A stretch of DNA of 61,919 bases, counting the filler, from Jimgerdemannia flammicorona (taxonomy: Eukaryota): the NCBI GenBank assembly GCA_003990765.1. It is 3 parts of 3 records of this genome, joined end to end, with 100 filler letters (N's around TTAATTAATTAA, not from the genome) between each part and the next. Parts side by side here need not be neighbours in the genome. Positions count along the whole stretch, not along the records: positions 20,678 to 41,252 come from RBNJ01001649.1; 2 more parts are not named here. The stretch is one strand, 5' to 3'. Shown here piece by piece: positions 26,051-37,965 of this stretch. Under the pieces are notes generated by a model. That model searched no databases and had not been told where the DNA came from. It worked only from the letters and a program-made list of their open reading frames with translations. A program made the translations under genes and the position numbers. Each line of letters starts with the position of its first letter. The stretch's first letter is position 1.

Positions 26051-28247
26051 CGCTGTTATCTGAGCGAAGGGTTCATATTCTACATCCCATCTCGTTCTCC
26101 ATGGCTGCCTTAAATTCCCGGAATTTGTCGAATGCCTCGTTTTTCCCCGCAATGAAATATATGTGGACTTTGCATGTATAATCATTAATGAATGTAATAA
26201 AATACTTCTTTCTGGAGTGTGATGCCATTCGCATGGGGCCACAAATATCCGTATGAATCAAATCAAGAATGCCAGCCACTCGCTTTGTTCATTCCAGAAA
26301 AGGTTGCCAGGAAGCCTTGTTTATCGTGCATCCATCACAAAAGAAATCCGGTGGCATATAGTCCGGTAAACCATAAATGGACTTGCTCCTTATCATCCAT
26401 TCCAGGCTCGTTTTACCGATATGTCCTAAGTGTTCATGCATTATATGCCAAAAATCCTCTCCTGTCATAGTTGCAGAATATGCAGATGTAGTGCCACTCG
26501 GCATGCCATTGATTGCATATAGATTCCCCTTTTTCGATACATACATTAACTTCTTATTGTTCTTCAGATTGATTACTGTTACACCGTTCGGGCGTATATT
26601 TACTCCTCTGTCCCCATGAGCCATCATCTGGCCTATCGAGAAGAGGTTCTTGCCTATATCTGGAATGTATAGTATGTCTACAAAGGTGTCTGAAGATTCA
26701 TCAATGTTTCCATATAGATGTATGCCTACGTTGCCTTTTCCTTGAGCATAAATGATGTTATTATCACCTAGCTTGATAGGTATGAGATGCTCAAACTTCT
26801 CATATGTAGAGAACCACTCCTGGTGAGCCATCATATGCTGTGTTGCACCTGAATCCATGAGCCAGACCTCTTTGCTGCATGCATAAGCGCTGTTCGGCAT
26901 TTAGCTTATATTTGTGCTGGCGCCAACATTGACATCACTATTTTTCACTATCTGAAAAGTGTTTTGTTGACCAGAATTTGTAGATGTCGAACTGGTGGAA
27001 TTGCATCTACAACTGGCATTGGTGGAACTGGTGGTTGGTTCCGAATTTCCTCCTATTTCAATAGTTTCTGCATATGGATAGGTCACCGCTTCTGCGACGA
27101 ATAGACCTCCGCTACCACTGTTTTCATTGTTGGCATCCACCGTGTTTGCCTGCCATTGTCCTTGCTGTTGGCCACCCTTTTCCTTCTTCTTGCAGTTGCA
27201 GTCCTGCTCACGATATCTATGCTTATTATAGTAAAAGCATTTACTGTTGAATTTCTCGCATTGCTGGCCTCGACCTTTGTTTGGCTTGCCTTTGCCTCAT
27301 CCATGTGCTCTGCCATAGAATGCTTTCTTGTCATATTCCTCATTGGCATTGTTGCTGCCTAGCCTTGTTTCCTTGTTTAAAAGGCTTGTGACGACGTGCT
27401 TATAATCTGATAATCTGCCAGATTCCCTCATAGCAGTAACAACCACGTTGTATGCTTCAGGAAGGCCTTGTATAAGAGCCAGGACCTTGTCTTCATCCTT
27501 GATGGTGTCCACCAGCATAGATGTAAGGGAATTCAATTGATTCGCCAGCTCATTGACTCGATTGGTGTAGTTCCAGATGCTCTCCTTGGACTTAATTTGA
27601 AGATTAAATAGTTGCGCCTTTAAGTGGAATCTATTTGATGTGGATGCCTGTTGATAGTAATTGTGTAAAATCTCCCAGGCTTTATTCGCTGTCATAGCAT
27701 TGATTACCAGCTTCATTTGCACATTCGAAAGGGTGAATGTAATCTCCCTTAGCACTTTGCGATCTTTCGCGGTGTCATATATTGTTACTTGCACCTGTGG
27801 CTTCCAGTAGTCCTCCAAACCACATTCTTCTAGGAGATTCTTCATATGGTATGCCCATATGGCATAGTCCTTACCGTCAAAGACAGGAATCATCCTCTTT
27901 ACTGTTGACGTTGGCACCACTACCAGAATGTTTGTCATCATGGAAGTGAAACCCATTCCAGCTGTGTTTGTGTTCATGTTACCAGAACTTGGCGGCACAC
28001 TGCTAGCACTGCTTGAACTAGTAGCCATTGTATAGCATAGTGTAGCATATGTGTAAGAGGGGTGTATAGCTGCTAACCGGGGCTTATAACTTTTTGTTAT
28101 AGAATACTTAGAATGGAGGGAGAAGCATTCTGTTTATTGCTAATTCTTACGCGCTTTTACATGTTGCAATTAGTGACATTTACATGATGACGTAGTCAAG
28201 GAAGGCTGCGCCACCATATATCGAGTTGTAACCTACATATTTCAATA
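26050..28247 (-). mobile_element. Ty1/Copia LTR retrotransposon, 5' half (LTR-PBS-gag-PR-IN), truncated in integrase
   Basis: Gag FDGKDYAIWAYHMKNLL...LIQGLPEAY, degenerate CCHC, protease WLMDSGATQHM, pre-integrase HLGH..CDGC, integrase LIHTDICGPM..YFITFIND..TLRSDN. LTR of about 153 bp at 28095-28247. PBS relic (G)GTTAT(G)AGCCC at about 28079-28091. Confidence 0.93.
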
Positions 28248-28249
28248 GA

Positions 28250-30205
28250 TAGTAATATTGACTGACTATATAGCCATACTCACTCAAGCTCTTTGTCTTA
28301 GTATTGAAACAAATAAGCCCACAAAAGACCTCTGTCTCACCTCATTCAAAGATAAAGTAGACCAAGTAACAACATTCATAGAGCAAGTTAATACTAATTA
28401 CTATGTTAATAAATGAAATAATAATTAAAATCCCAACAGTACTCTCAATAATAATATGTATTATAAGATTGAAGATCTCTATACAACTGTAGGCTCATAA
28501 GTAGAAAAGATTACCATACACTTCACAGGCACAGCTGCTCAGTAGTGGTACAACCTACTGGTATACCTTCTTATCTGAGAAACTCATACTGAAATTAATA
28601 TTTTTTTTTTTTTTTTTTTACTGAAATTAATATAAGTGAAAGAGATAATAGTCACTCTAACTATGAAGACTACCCAGCTACCATTGGTCTAAAAAAGCTA
28701 ATTACTCAGCAGTTCTGTAGCTCTGCCCATATTACCAAAGTCAGAACTAAGCTTAAAAATCTATAATTCTACAATAATGAAAAAGAAGATCTTGAAGTAT
28801 TTACTATAAGACTGAAACCCCTTCTATATATAATAGGATCAGAATATAGCTAATGAGAACAAACTGTAAATAGAATCTGAGCTGTCTCTTTTTCAATACT
28901 ATCTCTGGATAGTTATTAGAAAAAAATCTATAAATGAAAATGACTCCATAATTGTCTACATACATAAGCAATAGAGCCTAGAACAAGTTGTTACTAGAGC
29001 ACACACCATCCTTGTAGTCCAAAGGTCAAGAGATAACAGAAATAATAATAAAGAAGACAAATAATACCAATTCAAGAAGAAGTATGAACTCCAGAATGAG
29101 TTCTCAAGCTTACAAAGAGGATTCAAGAACTATCTAATAAGAAAATAAAAGAACTTATAAAGAAGAGAGTATATTTCTACTATAAGAAGAGAGGATATAT
29201 ATCCTGTGAATGCTCTGACAAATAGATCAATATGAATAAAAGACTATCTTCCTCATATATTATTACTATAATAGGAGATGATTTTAAAGAAATCTCTGAG
29301 AAAATCAAGGTTAAGAGATTCTACATTACTGTAAAGATCTCACACAAAGTATATAAATCTGATACTAGTTACAATCTCTATTCTAGCATAGAAGTAATTA
29401 TTGAATCAGACAAGTAAGTAACTATTAGCACAGATATTAAAATGGGAGTCTTCAAAAGAACCTATATCTGTCTTATTGAAAGGAGTAGTTTGGCCAAAAA
29501 AGAGAGACTCTATAGCTAGAGGATTTATAGACTAAGGATTCAAAGGTAAGATTAAGGTCCCACTATACAATACTGAACAAAAAACTATCAAAATTATATA
29601 TAGAAAACAAATTGCTCAAGCCATTATTGAAGTAATATGCAATGATCTTTGAAGTAGAAGAAACAAATAAACTATCACTCTCTGATAGAGGAGAAAAAGC
29701 TTTTGGATCAATATAAAAACACCCTGATAAAGCCAAGGAGAAGACCAAGATATAGAAGATTGTCTAAATCAAAGAACCTCAAGACTGAGATCAGTATATT
29801 GCTAATAGATATATTCTTATAGGATAATATTCTTATAAAATTAAGATATACTGTTTCTATATATTCTTGAATCTAAGAAGTACAAAATGATCATCTCAGA
29901 ATAATGGAATAAAGAAATCAAGAACATCAATGATAAAGATAGTGAAGCATAAGATTGGAAAGAAGAAACTATCTCAGAAGTAATTGCTGCTTAATAAGAA
30001 CCCAATATAAAATGTATCTACCTTTAAGGAAAATTAAAGGAAACTCTGTTGAAGTTCTTATCAACAGTAGAGCAAGTAAGTATTATCTCAACAAAGAAAC
30101 TGCTGATAAATTCCACCTTAAGATACAGAGAAACTAAAAAGGAAACATTGCTATATTTAGAAATAGAACAATATAAAACTCTCTAAAATATACAAGAATG
30201 TACTC
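28250..30205 (+). pseudogene. Ty3/Gypsy gag-protease relic
   Basis: Degenerate zinc knuckle at about 29170-29218 (CFYCxxxGHxSxEC after reverting G>A/C>T). Protease relic VEVLINSRAS (= VLIDSGAS) at about 30048-30078. Confidence 0.6.
28587..28633 (-). mobile_element. Pure poly(A) insertion (poly-T on + strand) with a 13-15-bp TSD
   Basis: (T)ACTGAAATTAATA(T) repeated on both sides of a 19-T run. Confidence 0.8.
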
Positions 30206-30299
30206 CTATAACTCAGAAACTATATCATAAAGCAAACCTTCTACATTATATATCTCTTTAGATATAATCTCATCCTTGAAAAATCCTGACTTACTTAGG

Positions 30300-32050
30300 A
30301 GAATTTCCATATCAATTAGAAAACCAATATCTTCTTTAGTAATAGATCTCTTTGATTCTGCTGGTATACTGATAGCAATCATTGACATGCACTATATAGT
30401 ACATTCTGATCTCATAGAGACAGACTTCTTATAGTATATATCTTTCTATAATCTTCTTATATAGTCTTCTTCACTCATCTATCTAATCTTCTTTTTATTT
30501 TTCTAAGTAGGTATTATATAAGCCTCTTCATACTTACTCTTTTTCTTCTATTTTAGATAGGACTCCTTTGTTGATATTGATGGAGATTTATATCTTCTGT
30601 CTATAGTAAATAATCTATATCTTCTATTCATTTAGATCAATTATTGCTCTAACTTTGTAAAGCTATTAGTTGCTAATAAGGATGTTATAATTAATTATAT
30701 TAGTTATGATTATATCTACTAAAATAGTTACTTCTCCAAACTTGATAGAAATATCTCAGATCTTTCTCAAGAGTATAGCTCTTATACTATTTGCTATAAT
30801 AAATACCAACTTGGTCACTTCTTCAATCTCTCAATCTAGGCAGTCTGCTGCCTTCTTACTGAGAAGATATTCTTCTACTCTAGTATCAATAATGGCTTTA
30901 AAGACTCTATCTTCAATCTGACAGATTGCATAAACAGAGGTCTTATGATTGCCTTCACTTTCTTCTCTAGAGTCTTTTTGAACATTATTAGCCTCAGTTA
31001 TCTTCCAGCCTTGATTCTTAGTTATCTTGACAAGTCCAAATCTCATTTACTGTCTAAATATGAGAATTTCTACCAACTGGCCAAAGGTTGTATTAACCTT
31101 TTATTGGCTGAGATCCTTGAAGATATTATACTTAACAATCTTAGTCTTATGAAGCTTCTTCTCCTTTTCTCTCTCACTAGCTAGAGTAGTTTCTTAAATG
31201 ATATATCTTAAATAGTCTATTTCAACTCTATATCTTAATCTAATTCTTCAACTTGGCTTTCTGTAATAATTTCTATATACTTTTCTACTGAGTTCTTCTT
31301 AAGTCTCTCTGGTAATCTCTTATAGGGTTTCTTATAAATATCCTTCTTAGTGATTTGAGTAGGTCTTCTATTTTTCTTCATCATCTCTAATTTCTTTAAA
31401 GGTGATAGTGTTGGCCTACTTCTTATTTTGAGTAGTATTGCTTGGCTGGGTCTTATACTTGGTCTCAATTATATATTCTTATAAATAGTAGCCTTCTTCT
31501 CTACAGATATAGTAGATATATATCTCTCTTCTTATATAAGGTAATAGCAAACTTCTAAACTGTGCAACAGTCAATTTCTCTGATTTTCTTTAATATTCTC
31601 TTAGATAGAAAGTCATTTTGATGAACTTCTTAGCAAGTTTCTCTATAGAGTCACTATTTCTCTATTGTTCTATAGCTTTTGATTATAGTGTGTTTCAATT
31701 GACTATTGTGATAAAGATTACACTAGTCATCTTGAGTGTTTTGATTCTGATTCTAGTGACTCTTCTATTATATAATCTTGTAAATATCTGGCTATCCAGT
31801 ATTGCTGAGCATAAGTGATCTTCTATAGTAGATCCAGGACTACTGGTAATGATCAGATGGCCATACCTATCTCTGAATAAATTCCTTTTATAAAGATTGC
31901 TTTGGCTACTTGGTCTTGAATAGCATTAGTATAATTAATATAAATTATCTGATATTGAATTCTAGTGTAGAATATGTTTGAATCTTCACTCATTTCTTAG
32001 CATATTATATTGAGCTAATCCTTTAAAACTTTCTTGATCTCATCTATATA
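30300..32050 (-). pseudogene. Gypsy gag-PR-CysHis relic, related to the family B element
   Basis: Gag relic (QLN...EDSN.FYTRIQYQI....QVAKAIFIKG) matches the gag at 36808. Protease FKAIIDTR (= IDTG) at about 30880-30905. Cys/His motif relic at 30343-30422. Confidence 0.75.
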
Positions 32051-32059
32051 TATAGTATA

Positions 32060-33210
32060 TAGTTTGAAGTCAGGTCTTTTGTACTACTAGTAATAGCCTT
32101 TTTGGAGTATTCATATCCTTGTCAGGACTTCTTAAGTTGTTTGGAGAAATAGTTTCTTCTAAAAGAATTATATCAAAGTAGTCAGCAATCAATATTGCTT
32201 CTTTAATAGTATTTGGATTTTATAGTTCTACTTCTCATCTATTGTGATCCTTAAGTTCTTATATATATCTGTCAAGTTTTTTTACTTTGCTGATATTGAC
32301 AATCTTCAAAACTGTACTCATGAAGATAGTAGTATATATCTTAACTAATTCTATTTATCACAGAGATACCAACTTATCTCTGACTATCTATTTTGAGTTG
32401 ATAGACTTGAACTACTATATAAGTTGATCTTGAAACTTATCTCAGTCTGAGAGGTCCTTCTTCTTATCTCTGACTATTTGGACTTTCATTTTTTACCAAA
32501 TAGCTAATCTTCTCATAGTAGTATTTCTGTATAAGCAACTAACTTCTCATTGATATATTCATTATTGCCAATTATTGATTCATATTGAATAGCCAGGTTT
32601 CAACATTATTACTTCTTCCATTATAGGGTTCAGGTAGCAGTAACTTGAGGTGAGTCTTTTTGTCTTTAGTAAAGGGGCCTACAGTTAGTCTTTTGTCTTT
32701 AGAACCTAATATCACCTCTATTGCTTATATTTTTACTTATGCCTCCTAATAGGCTTGCATCAGCTATACTATTTATTCTTGAAGCTATTATATATCTTCT
32801 GCAAACATCATGATATTGAAAAGAGTTTGTACTAGTAAGGAGATGAGATTTAACTTTGCTGCTACTATTAATTATAATAAATATAGAATAATTATACAAG
32901 AGTAGTTCAATATAGTTAAGTCAGATGAAACCTGAGACTTAGACTATATGTCAGCAAATGTCCAAATAGAAATATATAACTAGATTTAAGAAATAGAACT
33001 TGAGAAGTTTAATTGTCTTCAGAAGATTTGAGTAAATATACAATAACTAACTAGACTGTCTTTAGTGAGATATTTTGAGGAAGTATTTATATAGAAGAAA
33101 TAGAAAGAAGAGGAAAGAGATAGAATATTACTAAGTTAGATACTAAGTAATAAGTTATACTTAGTGAAACTTAGTAGAATATTATAGAGAGTTACTAAGC
33201 TATTATAAAG
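32060..33210 (-). mobile_element. Chromovirus-family 5' LTR (partial), PBS and gag relic
   Basis: About 32870-33205 is homologous to LTR 8886-9420. It is followed by TAGTAGCAG (a decayed TGGTAGC iMet-type PBS) and gag-like decayed coding sequence. Confidence 0.65.
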
Positions 33211-33689
33211 AGAGACATTTTATTGAAGTTGTATAGATCACATATTTCTCTACATTACTGATGAATAAAATAAATCTGATAAAATAACATAAGGTTACAT
33301 GCTGGTATATTGAGTTGCTATCCTAATACTTCTGCTCAATAAGATATATAACTCAAAAGAATACAAACTAGAATAGAAGCAAACTAGAGTAAACTAAATA
33401 TGACTAATGGAATACTATCTAGATAACTACAGAAGGTTAAATTTCTCTACTTATAAGCATAAAAATAGGTAAAGAATATAGTAAAAGACCAGTAATATAG
33501 AAATTTTTATTGGTCAAAAAGTGTTCCAAAATATATCCAAAAAATACCCTTAGGTGAAGAATGTGAAGAATATAATATATATCTACTTATAGATGAGAGA
33601 TATAATCAACATAAATGTCAAATATATATGTAATATATAATACAATAAGAGAGGCTTTTTGCAGCCTGAAAAATATCCTATAATTAACT

Positions 33690-34340
33690 ACTAGATTGGT
33701 ATATAGCTTGTAAGATCCAATCCTTTAGTATATTGTTCAAATTTTGGCTTTAGAAGGGCTTTGGTCAATAAATCTGTAATCATACACTCTGTGGAAATAT
33801 ATTCCAGATATATTGCACCAGTTTATATATATTAATGTATAAAATAATACTATATATTAATATGTTTTATTCTGCTATAATGTACTAGATTCTTAGTAAG
33901 TACAATTATAAACTAGTTATCTTGGTATAGTATAGTGGTTTCTTGTATAATACTAAGCTTCTTTAATAGTTTACAGAGATATATAGCTTCCTTTATTATC
34001 AATGATAAAACCTGATATTTAGCTTACATAGATGATATTGCAATAGAGAATTACTTATATATTTGCCATAAGATAACAGACCCTTTATCATCTTCACCAA
34101 TGTGAAAGAGATATCCAGTAGTAGACTAGTGATCATTTAAGTCTCTGGTCCAATCAGTATTATATGTATCAGATAGCCAAATACTATTACTCTTGCTATT
34201 TTTCTTACCATTGCTCTTGCTTAATCTAATATCCTCACCCAATATAAGTATATAGTATGCTGATCTCTTTAAGTATTGGAAAATTCTCTTAATAGTACTC
34301 TAATATAAATTATCATAGTAGGAGGAGTACTGACTTAGGA
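33690..34340 (-). pseudogene. Ty1/Copia RT C-terminus and RNase H relic
   Basis: Relics of KRIFQYLK, Y.(D)xDWxxDLND..STTGY, LYQDN, KHI(D)I.Y(H)FI, ITDLLTKAL. Confidence 0.8.
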
Positions 34341-35380
34341 AGAATATCTGTTCTATAGTCACTACTAGGAGATTGTGAGCCTGGTTTTCTTTTCTACTCT
34401 GATTCACTTTCTAATATAAAGAACAAGTCCAAATTCAAGAGTATTTGCTATCCAAATTTAAGTAAATAACTTCACTACTCTTTGAGTAATCTGCTACTTA
34501 AGAAAAAAGGTATCATTTTTAAAAAGAAGTCTACTATCTTACTATAAAACCAGTCTTTTGATATAACTTTACAGTAAAGTCAGTCTCTTTTGATATAACT
34601 CTACATAAATAAAGTCCATCTCTGATATAACTTTGCTCAAGAAGTCTGTTATTCTGAAATAAATTACTAATTTAGAAAAAATCTATATAATTTGAAAGTT
34701 ATCTATCATTTTGAGAAGTCTACTAATTCAGAAAGAATCTGCATCACCTGCTAAAACTGAGTTCTTTATCAAAATTACCAACCTACTGGTTATTAAGAAA
34801 ATCCACCAAATCAACTATACTATATAAGATAATTATGCAGAAATTACATACTTTTGAAAATCATGCTATATTGAGAAATTATCATTTGCTCAAGAAGGAA
34901 GCTGCTAATTTCCCAGACTATTCTGCATAAGAAAGCCACTCATACTATATATACAAATTATCACTTATACCCAGGAACTCATCTCAATAAGGAAATTGAC
35001 TACTATATCTAGATTTGACTATTATACTACTAAATATCAACAAAGATACCAAAAATCATTAAACATTTTATTACATTTAACAAAGTAACTGAGAGCTCAA
35101 GCCAGACTATATAGTCACTCAATCTTGTAATTTATCTTTATTGAGCTAGTATGTTATAATATATAAATATTGTAATGGTGACTCCAGAATGATGACATCA
35201 GTACAGGAGATAGTCTTTCCTTATAAGCCATCAGATTGGAGTACCAGAAGATCATACAGTATATTAGATGAGCAATAATAATCAACTATAAGTTATTGTA
35301 ACCACAGTATAAGTATCTTGAGGAATATAAAAGAAGGATCAAGGAACTGCAGTAATAGCAACCAACCCACCAATCCCAAA

Positions 35381-36224
35381 ATAGCTCAAAGACTCACTAC
35401 AAATGAAATGCCTGCCACTTACCAAACCTCAAGGTCAAGGAATCACTAAGGCATCTCAGTTGTTCCAAGACATCAGAAGAGCTATGAGGACCCACTCAAA
35501 AAAGACTCCTAGTGTCAATCTGGGTACTAGTGACCTTTATTACTATATCCTCTATTACCATGAAATGGAAACAAGAGTCACCATTACTACCAAATGCCTC
35601 CAAATGTAGCAGGAGTACGAAATAGGAAACCTCCTCTGCTGGGAGTTCCCACAGACCAGCACTGAAGAGCTACAAGATGCCACTTCCATAGATATATGTG
35701 AAACAAGGATAGCTAAGAAGATCCATCAAATCTTCAGGCATGTACCATGGTCAATCTCCAACTTGGAGTATGTTAGAGTCTCAGATTTTAGAGACCTATT
35801 ATCCTGCCATATCAATGCACTAGAAGTCAGGGTGGCTACAGAAGCCCAGTCCACTATTACCCTCAATAGTGATGAAGTAGAAGACTTCTGGTATCCCATC
35901 CTTCAGGACAACCTAGACCAATTCCTGTAAGGATTGATCTCAGTATTCCAAGGCCCAAGCATCCAGATTAGACCCCCCTAAGACCCTATATTTGTCCCTT
36001 ATTTTGTAGAAGAAAACCTCATAGATTGGAGAGCCCTCAATTTCCCCACTGCCAAATGTGATGACATCATTGGCAATAACATCATCCCACATGATATACA
36101 CAAAATGCATGACCTACATGATGACAATGATGAGACAGATGAGATGTTTACAGACCTCATCTCCTTCGAAGACATCCTGACCTCTGATGATGAAGCCCCT
36201 ATGGTCTTCACCATTCTGCTCTAA
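35381..36224 (+). pseudogene. Second copy of LTR-internal ORF B, in the 5' LTR and sense to gag-pol
   Basis: Colinear with 21732-22610. Retains ATG at 35408. Has an 11-nt frameshifting deletion near 35460 and further small indels. TATAAAAG at 35326 upstream, GTATAAATAC at 36451 and AATAAA at 36479 downstream. Confidence 0.75.
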
Positions 36225-37544
36225 GTCTCTTGATTACACTGAATAATACCAGCACTGGTATTTTGATATAATACAGAATAATGCCAGCATCAGTATTCTG
36301 ATGTGACACCAAATTATACCAGTATCCTGAATCTGTACAACCATCAGTACTGACCCTGGAACTTAGCAGTTTTTCCTGTCCTGGTATTTTATTTTAGTTA
36401 TTGAAATTTATATTTAGCTTTATATCTTAGCAATCATTGAATTATATTTTGTATAAATACCCCTCTTATTTCCTCTGAAATAAAGTCAGTTACAGTTCAC
36501 TTATACACACTTCCTTGCAAGCAATCTAAGAGATAACAAGATAGTTAAAGATAAGAAGTTTGAGAACTATAAGACCTTGGGAAGGCACTTCAATAAGAAC
36601 TTGCATATAACAAACTTGAGTTAGTCTAAGAGATATACCTTGAAGAGAATCTGGCATATTTGAAGGACTTAGCGACCACTACATGATAACTTGGTACCCA
36701 TTGGCTGCTGATTCAAGATGAATCCCTCACTTTCAAGCTGAAAAACGAACAACTCCACAACAACTACCCTGACTACAAGAGTTACCCCTGCAAGAATTCA
36801 AGACAAGATGGAAATATATCCCCCCACATTCTATGGATATACTACTGAAGAGTCAATCCTGACCTTTATTGAAGACTTTGAACAATTTGCCACCATACAA
36901 GTCCTTAGTGTGGATGCACAATTGGCCCTTCTACCAGTCAGCCTCAGAGGACCTACCAGAGACAAGTTCAATACAGTCACTATTGCTGATAATGGTACAG
37001 CCAAACTTGCCAACATGAAGGCCTTTCTCAGAACAACATACTATACTGAAGAGATCAAGCAAGCTCTCAAGAATCAACTCAATACTATCTGCCAGGGACT
37101 TAGTGAAGATCCCAACTCATTCTATACCCGAATCTGCCACCAGATTGTCTTGGCTGGCTATTATGATACTCTCAAGAAACAAATAGCGAATTCAACCTTC
37201 CTTAAAGGAGTTCTACCAGACATAGAGGAAGGAGATGAAGAGGACACAGAGGTCTTCATACACTCAGTGAACAAGAATAAGAACAAGACACCCAAGCTCA
37301 CAGATGAGCAGTGGTACAACAAGATTGTCAATGGCTATGGCCCTCAAGGAAGATGCCCCCATGGTACTAAGATGTACTGCTCTGAACACCTGAATGACTG
37401 CTGGTCCTGTATCAGTGAAGTCAGGAAAATCTGCCAACAGAAACATGAGCAAGAAGCTGCCAAAGCAAAAAGGAAAGCCAAAGAAAATAACCAGCCCCCA
37501 GAGCTTCAGGCTGACAGTGATGATGAGGAGGAATAAGAATCAGA

Positions 37545-37965
37545 CATTACCCTCAAGGTCAAGAAGTTTCACCCCAAAGCTAAGATCCCAGAATATAAGA
37601 CTGAAGGAGCCATAGAAATGGACCTTGTCAGCATTCAAGATACTACCCTTGAACCACATACCACCACCCTACTTGGCTCTGGAATTGGAGTCAAGTTGCC
37701 AGAAAACTATGCCAGAATTATCAAGACCAGGAGCAGTCTGGCCAAAAGTGAAATCTCAGTTGAAGGAGGAGTAATTGATTCTGATTATACTGGCAAGATC
37801 TTTCTCATAGTCAGAAATCACAACCCCATCACCCCATTTGAAGTCAAGAAGTATGACAAGATTGGCCAGATGCTGATCTATGAAATCAAGAAACCCAAGA
37901 TCACTGAAGCCATCAAACTCATCAAAACCAAGAGAGGAGAACAAGGCTTTGGATCTACTGGAAGA
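37545..37965 (+). pseudogene. Retrotransposon-encoded trimeric dUTPase domain
   Basis: All five motifs are recognisable: (A.)xMDL, RSSL, GVIDSDYTG, KIGQML, RGEQGFGSTG. In frame with gag upstream and RT downstream, apart from single C>T stops. Confidence 0.92.
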
